Source: Eledone cirrhosa
Lineage: Eukaryota
Direction: 5' to 3'
NCBI GenBank assembly: GCA_964016885.1
Contig: OZ024741.1
Location: 230,702,001 to 230,766,000 of the forward strand
Length of the DNA stretch: 64,000 bases
Shown here in pieces: positions 54,250 to 64,000 of the stretch. Below the pieces are notes generated by a model, which was not told the DNA's origin, searched no databases, and saw only the letters and a program-made list of their open reading frames with translations. Made by a program: the position numbers and the translations under genes. Each line of letters opens with the position of its first letter. Position 1 is the first letter of the stretch.

Positions 54250-57200
54250 ATTCTCCATCATGCTATTCCTTTAAAGAAACTGATATTTTCCGAAAGAACA
54301 AACTTTTTCTCCACTATTCAACAGCCAATAAGTCAATTTCTCAATTTCTTTTAAATGTTCGACATGCCAGTTAATACTGTGATTTTAAGAGCCTGAAAAC
54401 GTCTAAGAAGATACTGACTGAAAACTTTCTATTGTCCCAGTTAGTGGTCGGTCTAAGAAGCAATGACGAAAGCCAAAACGTTCTTCAAGCTAATGAAGTT
54501 AGCGATTTCAGTTTGGAAGCAACAATAACATTTCTACAACGTTCTTCGCAAATATACGAATGTTGTAAAGCTATTTCCAAAGAGGGGCTTATTGCTTATT
54601 CTAAAACAACTAAACAAGACAAAATAAAGAATGTAAATGATAAATCGTATTACTGCTGTGGAAAATACTGGTCCATACAGTGCAAATGTTCTGCCATTCA
54701 AGCTACTTGAAAGAATTGTGGCGAGAAATGCCATTATGCAAGAGTCTGTAAAATTACCAGCAATCTTCACAAGGTAATTCACCAAGATGGAATCATGACA
54801 CTTATCGGTCACACAGCTGAAATACCAATATGTGAACCTGTCTCTCTCAATGGTCACATTGTTGACATGATGCAATATACGGGCGCACCCAGCGGCATTA
54901 TATCTTCTAGAGTGTCAAATGACATCGGCGTGTCTTTAACAAAGCAACACTTTTCGTACGAACCGTATGATGGATATCGCATGGAATGCGTTGATAACGC
55001 TAGTCTTACTGTTATGCGAGGGAGTCAACAATTCTCCATACTTTCAAAATAATTAAAAGCTGCCGGAAATATGGTTTCCTAGGTCGCGATCTTCTGAATG
55101 TGGAAACAGTTTGCAGCGTTGAATCATTTCTTCCAACAATCAAATTAGTGCAAGCTTCTGTTAAATTAAGACCTAATGCCGCTGATAAATTCTGTGCCAC
55201 TCGAACGTATCTATTACGCTCGAGGAAGATGTAACAAAAGAACTGGTTGCATTGGTAACCAAAGGTGTAATTAAAAATGCCCTCCTGTCAGTGTAGTCAA
55301 TAGTTCCCTAGTCGAGTTGATTAGAGAGAAAAATGGACGACTTAGTATGTACCCCGACTACAAAGTTCCCTTGAATGAAAAGATATGAACTGAAGCCAAT
55401 TCTTGCCACAAATGGAAACCATGTTCAGTAAGCTTAGGGGTGCAAGATTTTTCGCTAAGATTGACTTAACTGACGTATGTTGGCAGATGGAACTCGTCGA
55501 AAACGCTCAGAAGCTCTGTGACACCAATGTTACAAGAGGAGACTACCAGGTTACAGGATTACAGATGGAGATGAAGAATAGCTCTGTAATTTTTCAGTAT
55601 GCTGTGGAGAATGACGTGCTCAAAGGACTAAATAATTTCATCGCCTACCAAGATAATATAATCCTTTTTGCTAAGACAGAAAATAACATGACTAAACATT
55701 TAAATCCCACCTCGGAATATTACGCGAGAATGAGGTCAGCATCAACAATGAAAAGTGCGTTCAAAATAGTATAATCATCACATTTGTAGGTCATTTGATA
55801 TTGACAGAAGCAATTAAACCTGATGAAGCGGTCGTCGACAGAATCATAGCATTAAATGAGCCCAAGAACACTGAAGAAATGCGACCCTTTCTTAGGCTAA
55901 TCGGGTACTTCGGGCGATTCATTTCAAATTTAAGTGAGAAAACAATAAACAGGCAGTAACTAACTTCTTCCGGTCGTATTCAGTGGACAGACAAGTGTCA
56001 ACTTGAATTTGAGTATATTAAAGACGTGCTGTGCAAGGAACAACAACTGACGACGGATGCCTCAATGAACAGCCTTGCGGCAATGTTTCCCCAGAATGGT
56101 TACCCTGGTTTTTTTTGGGGTTTTTTTCAAACACTTTAGTTTTATTGTGTTGTATCAGATGAAAGAATGGTATTTAACTAATGTATTGGTACGCAATGAG
56201 GCCCACCCACAGCCCCGGCGGACAGAATGTAAAGGTCTTTCCCCGGAGGACGCAAGGGAGACGCGCTGGAAAAGCCACTCCAACTCGCGGGGCTCATACC
56301 TGCGGCTGGCCAGGTCAGCGCCTATGGTGGGGAGTAAGGAGGTAGCCCTGGGGCTGAGGACACCATAAGTCTCCACTGCCAGAGGAACGACCGCAAACCT
56401 GTCGGAGAGTTACCGGTATTTGAGGAGTTTGGCCCCCTCAACCCGACATGCAGCAGAACCTGGGTCAGTCGCAGACTACACCAGGTTGCGGCTACAGAAA
56501 GTGTCGGTACAAGTGGCATCCCAGGCGAGAAGTTTGCCACCGCGGAACTGGAAGATGGTCATGCCATCTGGCTTTTTGCCGTCCCCTCGATCCAGCCCCA
56601 CCGGCTCGAGCTGAGAAGGGAAGCCTGCAGCGTCCAAGCCATGCTTAATGACCTCGTTTAGAACAGCATGGCGTGGAATGCGGCCGGCACTGTGGCGACA
56701 GGAAAGCGGGTGGAAGCCGAAAGTGTCCACAGTGGATCCCGCAGCGACATTGGTGTGGCTGGCAGATCCGGAGGCCGAGCCTCAGTGAAACGCCGATTCG
56801 CAGGCTACTGTTGTCTAGCTGCGTGCCAGTTGAGAAGGAGGGCAGGGCATGGAGCCAGGCACCACTGTTGGGTTTAGATGCCGCACGAAAACAAGCAAGA
56901 CGGTGCTGATCGAGCTGGCGCGTGAGCCTGTCTGATTCCAGGCTGCACTGGATGGCATCCCAAGTGCGTTTGAGGGACTTGAATTCAACAAGGGGAGAAG
57001 GAGGAGGGTCGTCTCCTGGGCTAAGTCCCAGCCGGTCCCACGTCTCACAGGCGGCCTCACGTTCTCTGAACACAAAGGGTTCTGTTGTGTTTTGAAGAAC
57101 CCTGCTGACGAGGACGCAGCACGAGGTTAACAACGAAAGATACGCCGGCAAAGCTAGTGAAATCGGGGACCGGACGCCAAGGCCGCCATACCTGAGCGAA

Positions 57201-58950
57201 CAAAAATTGTTGTCTGCTGAATCTAATTAGTCAAATATCGAATGCGAAACATTTGCCATCGTATGGGGCGTTATCCGTGTCAAACAATTCCTACATAGTA
57301 AAACATTCAAGCTCAACACGGATCACGGATTTTTTATGTATTTCTTCCACCCCAAAAGACAGATCCCTACTAATGCTTCTGCTAAAATCGGGCTATGGGA
57401 TATTCAATTGATGGCGTTTGATTTTGAAATATCGCATATCTATGGCTCTAAATTTCCTCTTGTTGACTCTATGTCGAGATTGCCAACGGCAGACGAGGAA
57501 ATTGGTTTTATTGTTGAGTAAGTGAATGACATTCCGTTCGGAGTCCGGTACATCGATCGTGTGTAAATAATTACAGTATTCGACAGATATATTCAGAGAA
57601 TCAAACGCATGGTCATATCTGGTAAGTGGATTTCACGAAACAAATGCGACCTCCCTTTGAAACGTGTTCGGGGTCAATTGACAATAGAAGAGGGAATTCT
57701 ATATCGGGGAACTTGAATGTTTGTTCCTTACCAACTACGCAACAATGTGCTTATTGACAGTCACGATACACATTTGGCTATTCAACAAATGTTCAGTAAG
57801 ATTTTCTCTTGAGTTCTGGTGGCCAAACATGCCTCGAGATATTACTACTTTCATTTCCAATTGCGTTGGTTCTTAACAAAATCGAATTTCGAGAGACAAA
57901 TCAAGAGCGACATGGAATAAAGATGGCTAATGGGAGCGTATTCACATGGACTGGAGCTTTCATGAGTCACGCTGATAATTTACTTATTGTCGTCGATTCT
58001 TATTACAACTATATAGATGCCATTCATTGCTCGTCACGTAACAAAGAAAATGTACTAAAGTGCTTCTTGCGTCTCTTCGGTATTTTTGAACTGCCGAAAG
58101 TTGTTGATAAGGCTTCCGAATTTACAGATTTGAAAGATTGGTTATTGATCCTTTGCATAAAGTGCATTTATTCACCTAAGTCCCACTCACAGCCAAATGG
58201 AAAAGCCGAGCGAGCTGTTCAAACCATCAAGTGTGCTTTATCTGAAGGAATCCTATCGTTGGCAGCTGGTATCTATATCGCCAACGAATTCTACTCAATC
58301 AATCTTCATCAGGTGACAAATCTGCTTCAATTGGTGAAAGGTCACTCAGAACACCATTATTCACCAGCTGCAATCCACGATTTGTACCATTTACTAATGT
58401 CTTGTACTACAACAATCGCATGAAGAATGCAAGTCACGTCACATATCTTGCACAGACAACTGCGAATACTGCAATTGTCGCAAACGGAAACCCAAGTTGA
58501 AGAGCATGTTTTGACCAATTGCTCCCATCTACGGGCAATTGTCAGTCTGCCCAGAACAGAATCGAAATTATTTCAAGCGAAGATAACTGCAGCATCAATG
58601 TAAAGAATCCGACGAAGTGCGAACCTCATGAGCATGGAATTGATGACATGATGATAGGAATAAACTGGCGGTCCAGCAGAAATGTAAACCTATTGAATCG
58701 ACTTTCTTATTCAGAAGGCAAATGTGGTGTATTGAAGTCCTATTGAGTATTATCTAATAAGTTAATTGTTTGATTATTTAACGACAGTCAATCATATCAC
58801 AGTCACGCGTTTCAAGTATGCTTGTGCTTTTTGCCTATATATTATGCTACATCTAAACGGGGTGCACTCTTCTATCCAACGGTCCAAAGCACACAATTGA
58901 GGAGTTTACAGCATCAGTTGCCAAGCAATTTAAGATATACTTTAGATTGT
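54250..58950 (+). mobile_element. old Ty3/gypsy element (Mag-like), heavily decayed, interrupted by a CRE insertion
   Basis: gag QLVVGL and knuckle NCGEKCHYARVC, protease-like TGA motif, RT FAKIDL..IAYQDNI, RNase H TDAS..TDH, integrase VDSY..NGKAERAVQT; purine tract then TG at ~58723. Confidence 0.85.
56108..57197 (-). mobile_element. 5'-truncated CRE-like element with poly(A) tail nested in the gypsy RNase H
   Basis: SGAWL, HPLSC..RHAVLN, KKPDG..WDATC, VETYG; T-runs at 56109-56127. Confidence 0.9.
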
Positions 58951-59227
58951 TATTTTGTTTGGCAATATTCTTTTAGTTACAAAGGCTGTAGCAGCAAATG
59001 TTGTAACAAGAAGGCATATCCTTTTATATGCCCTAATCTAGACCTGCTGTTTCTATGGTATGGGAGAATTTTATTTTAATCAGTTATGTGAGACTTTAAA
59101 CGTTATATGAGCCTTTAAAAACCAACACAACACACACAAATAAGATGGTGTGGGATAGAACAAAAAGAGAAAAAAATAATAAATCGGTCACTGAGGAGGT
59201 CGCAGACTATGTGACTATATATATATA

Positions 59228-59356
59228 TAAGAAAAGAGTCAGGACCCCGACGGCTGAGTTCCGGCCGTTTCGACAGCTAGTTCTGAACTACTACCCAAAG
59301 TATCGAGTACTCTGGTGCGTTATGGTCCACCTGGTTCGTTACCACACTTCCTTCGT
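59228..59356. mobile_element. short repeat between (TA)n tracts, related to 62680-62881 (probable PLE terminal fragment)
   Basis: 59228-59287 resembles 62759-62818; 59288-59352 is the reverse complement of 62680-62748. Confidence 0.7.
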
Positions 59357-59378
59357 TATATATATATATATATATATA

Positions 59379-60089
<711 letters not shown>

Positions 60090-60664
60090 GTGTATGTGTG
60101 AGAGAGAGAGAGAGTGTGTGTGTGTGTTTATGTGATTGTGCGTGCGTGTGTTGTGTTTGTATGAGTGTGTGTGTATATATCGATATGTGTGTGTATATAT
60201 ATTGTATATGTTGGTGCTTGTATAAGTGTATCCCTTCCATGAAACAAGACAGTACTGATGTCAAGTTTGGCATCTCCAACTAATTGTGTGGAGCCATTAC
60301 CAAAATCCAGGCTGCTGAAATATTCGGTTTGTGTAAGTTCTTTGAAAATACGTTCCTCCTAGATTTTCCGCCGCGGGGCCTTGGAAATCCAAGAAGAACT
60401 ACTCTACACTGGCAGTCTGAATAAATATTTAAATAAATAATTAAATAAACGTATGAATAAATAAATGAATAAATGAATAAATTAATTAATAAATGATTCT
60501 AAATCTATAAACAATAGCTTCCCCATGCGAAATATACTAGAGGAAAGTAGTACCTGAGTGATTATACTAAACGTTAATAAAGCGAGAGCACATGATGCCC
60601 ACTGAAACTAACATGAACGATATTTCCGTTAACATTGTCAACATGACTGACGCCTCTCCGCAAC

Positions 60665-61290
60665 TAATTCCTTGGATGATACCTCTCTTGATTGTCATTC
60701 CTCCCAAGGATTCGTACCCTGATATTAACCCTGTCTCCCAAGTCTTCATGCTATCATTTAATAGCAATTTGTTGTCCGGCACCTTGGTTATCCAAGAATG
60801 AGGAACCATGTCAAATGCCTTCTTGTAATCAATCCATCCCATGGCAAGACCAGTATGCTTCCTCTCGCAGTTCCTTATAACCATCTTGTCAATAAATAAC
60901 TGGTATTCTATACCACGGAACTGCTTTCGGCATTCTTTCTGTTCCTCCGACAATAGGTTGTTTATTTCGAGGTGGTGGTAGATTTCCTCAGACACAATGT
61001 TTATTAGTAATTTCCACATCAAGGACTACCTATAGTAGGAAACGTCATTTCTCTTGGCTTAGTTTTTCATTATTAGGACCGTTGTACGTTTTGCTAACCA
61101 CCGCGGTACTTCACCCGGCATCAAGTTATTGAACATGTCCGTCAATATCAAGTGGAGATGTTATATTTATAGTCCAATATTCTTGAACACCATCCGGGCC
61201 TGGTGATTTTCAGTTGGTTAATTTATTGTCCTGCTTTTTAAGGGTTTCAACGGAGTTATTTAAATCAGGCTGTTGGTGTGCTGGTTCATT
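60665..61290 (-). mobile_element. decayed R4/Dong LINE RT fragment
   Basis: EEQKECR, QLFIDK, WIDYKKAFDMVPHSWI, IKRGIIQG. Confidence 0.85.
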
Positions 61291-62240
61291 AGCCTTTTTT
61301 AAAACAATCACAATCCCCTTTGCCATATTATGATGCGCAACAACATGCTACCAGTAGAACGGAAGATACATTTAAATTATAAAACTTAATAATTAGGTAA
61401 ACAATCAGTTAATATCTACTTCTATCACATAGATCAAAAACAAATAATACCTTGATGCAAAGGAGAGAGGGAAAAGGAAAAATATATATGAGAAGGAAAA
61501 AATACAAGGTATATGCATATATATACATGTATATCGAGATGGAAATGAGGGTGGAAGTGGTGAAAATGGTGATTTTAATTACATTCACAATGCAGTGGGA
61601 ATATGAGTCAATTTTGTAATGTGCATATAAGATTCCTTGTCCGTCCGTTATCGGATGAAATGAGGGAGAGGGGCTACGGTTCTAGTTCTCTGAGCAAAAT
61701 GCAGGCTGCTGCAGGAAAATAAGGAGTTTTACCTTGCTCATTGGTCTACTTATTTATCCGGTCGAAAGTTTGTTCATAATTTTAAGTCCATCCAGTGGTA
61801 GGAATATCTAATATGTGTAATTAGTCCAACTGTAGAGGGAATTCTGGGGTGTAGATCATAGCTGGTGCCTCCACATCTTCATATATTTATATCATAAAGC
61901 GCTCAACATTTGGGAACTAAATTCTTACGGTAAACGTTGATGCCACTTAATTCAAGAATATTAACTTTGTCCGTTCCCTTGTCGCTTCAAACTAGATTGC
62001 CTCGGGAACGTAAACATTTTATGTGAGATGCTGTCTGAGGAGATCATGGCAGAGGATACGCGAAATGTCATGGCCAATGTGGTATTTTAAATATGTTTCA
62101 CGACGTTGTCAATAAAGGAATGTAACATCTGAAACTACTTCGCATTTTCTTATTCTAAATATACTCCGTCATCACTACGTAGTAAAATCACGTTGACTGC
62201 TTGAATTGAATTGCATCCATATTTACTGTGTTACCGTAAG

Positions 62241-62324
<84 letters not shown>

Positions 62325-62331
62325 CACACAC

Positions 62332-62379
<48 letters not shown>

Positions 62380-62389
62380 TTTTATATTT

Positions 62390-62651
62390 AATTTTATTTC
62401 ATTCCTTGTATTTTGATCATGCATTATTTTTATTTTTATTTTTAATTTCATTCGCACCGTTTCCTTTCGCTATATGTCTCTCCACCACTCCCCTACACAC
62501 CCTTTGAACTCTGTTCCCACACACTTCTCACCTGAGGAAGGGCTTATGCCCGAAACGTCGTTTCTCACCACCACCCCACTCTCCAGAGCGTGAAATTAAT
62601 AAACATTCGTTGTACTGCCTCTCTGTTTTGTTCCTGTTCAAATTTTTCCAT

Positions 62652-62652
<1 letters not shown>
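62390..62652 (+). mobile_element. 3' fragment of family C element with HHR-like motif at 62532-62559
   Basis: near-identical to ~21745-22022. Confidence 0.8.
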
Positions 62653-62683
<31 letters not shown>

Positions 62684-62758
62684 GATGTGTGGTAAGTAAC
62701 AAGGTGGACCATAACGCACCAAAGTACTCGATATTGGGTAGGGTAGTAGATTGGGTAA

Positions 62759-62881
62759 TAGGAAAAGAATCGGGACCTCGACTGCTGAGCTCCGGCCGTT
62801 TCAACAGCAAGGTCTGAAATCGTTCAGACTTTGCTGTCGAAACGACCGGAGCTCACCCGTCGGGGCCCGACTCTTTTCCTG
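62759..62881. repeat. GC-rich imperfect hairpin, ~60-bp arms
   Basis: aggaaaagaatcggg..cagcaaggtctgaa-atcg-ttcagactttgctg..cccgactcttttcct. Confidence 0.9.
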
Positions 62882-62915
<34 letters not shown>

Positions 62916-63094
62916 TTAGAGCAAACATCACGGGCGCTCTATCTCAAAATTATTTTTGAAAAGCATTAGAAATGCGCAACCGGTAAAACTTAAAACCAAA
63001 ACTGAATACTAACCAATACTATTACTAATGTTTACTTATTCCTAATTAAACTATTTTTCACTGGGAACTTTGTCAGCATTTTCTTTTCCTTTTA

Positions 63095-63170
<76 letters not shown>

Positions 63171-63176
<6 letters not shown>

Positions 63177-63283
63177 GAAATGACAGGAGGCTGGATTTGT
63201 GTAAATCCTTGAAAGGTTTATTATTTAGTATAATAAACCTTTCAAGAATTTACACAAATCCAGCCTCCTGTCATTTTATTATA
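63171..63283. repeat. near-perfect palindrome, ~54-bp arms
   Basis: tataatgaaatgacaggaggctggatttgtgtaaat..aaaggtttatta / taataaaccttt..atttacacaaatccagcctcctgtcattttattata. Confidence 0.92.
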
Positions 63284-63422
63284 ATATTTAACTCCGTAAT
63301 AGCACCACCAACTACAAAAACAAAGACGGTTGAACTGCCTTACGTTGAGTACTCTCTATATTATTGCATTACGATTGACCATACGGAATAGACCAGCTCT
63401 ATACAGTGGTGAACCTCAAACC

Positions 63423-63494
<72 letters not shown>

Positions 63495-64000
63495 TGTTCA
63501 TATATAATATATATTGCTGTAGTTCATACGAGGTATTGAGAGATAAGTCATAAAAGACTGTATAATTGATAAAATAAAATGAATGTATATAATGTTTTAC
63601 CCAATATATTTCAACATATTTCATGGCTAAACACACTATACAAATGTAGAGCTGGGCTAGTTAAATATAAATGGACTGTCGATGTGCTTTTCCTTAACTG
63701 GCCTACGTGTCAGTAATAGGCAATCGTGATGATGTCATAATAGTAAACGGTTGGCCTCAAGCATTTCCGATCTATTTTTCATCTGTGATTCTTTTTTTAC
63801 CGGTTGATAATAAAGGCTTCTTTGATTCATACATTATTGGTCTTTTCTTACGTATCTCACAATGATTTGTATTAACAACACAACTTTGTTCTCATCACGC
63901 CTGAGCTAGGCTGACTTTAGTATCATGTTGAAACTGTTCAAATTTTCAGAGCAATCTGCCAAAAACTGTTGCATGATCAACTTCCTTATTCAGTGTCGAA

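Overview
Eukaryotic, AT-rich, repeat-saturated window, probably from an octopus or other coleoid cephalopod (inferred from the SINE types and the (TA)n/(TG)n load). No host gene can be called with confidence; there is one candidate 78-nt exon. Almost everything is nested, mostly decayed retroelements: two Ty3/gypsy LTR elements (one CsRn1-type with tRNA-Trp PBS, one Mag-like), about seven families of Penelope-like elements (PLEs) or PLE-derived repeats, a CR1 LINE, RTE and R4/Dong fragments, three CRE-like RLE elements, four co-oriented Tx1 LINEs, tRNA-derived SINEs, a probable non-autonomous Helitron and a 200-N gap. The most notable signals are RNA-level: at least six distinct hammerhead-ribozyme (HHR) families found by eye (one with an ~80-nt stem II, one with a recurrent CCGACGA core), a non-coding HHR-delimited retrozyme-like repeat at 32.7-33.7 kb whose repeat starts at the predicted cleavage triplet, and Tx1 LINEs sitting in (AAT)n and (GATA)n microsatellites. 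All calls are by eye, with no database searches or folding software, so clade names and boundaries are approximate.
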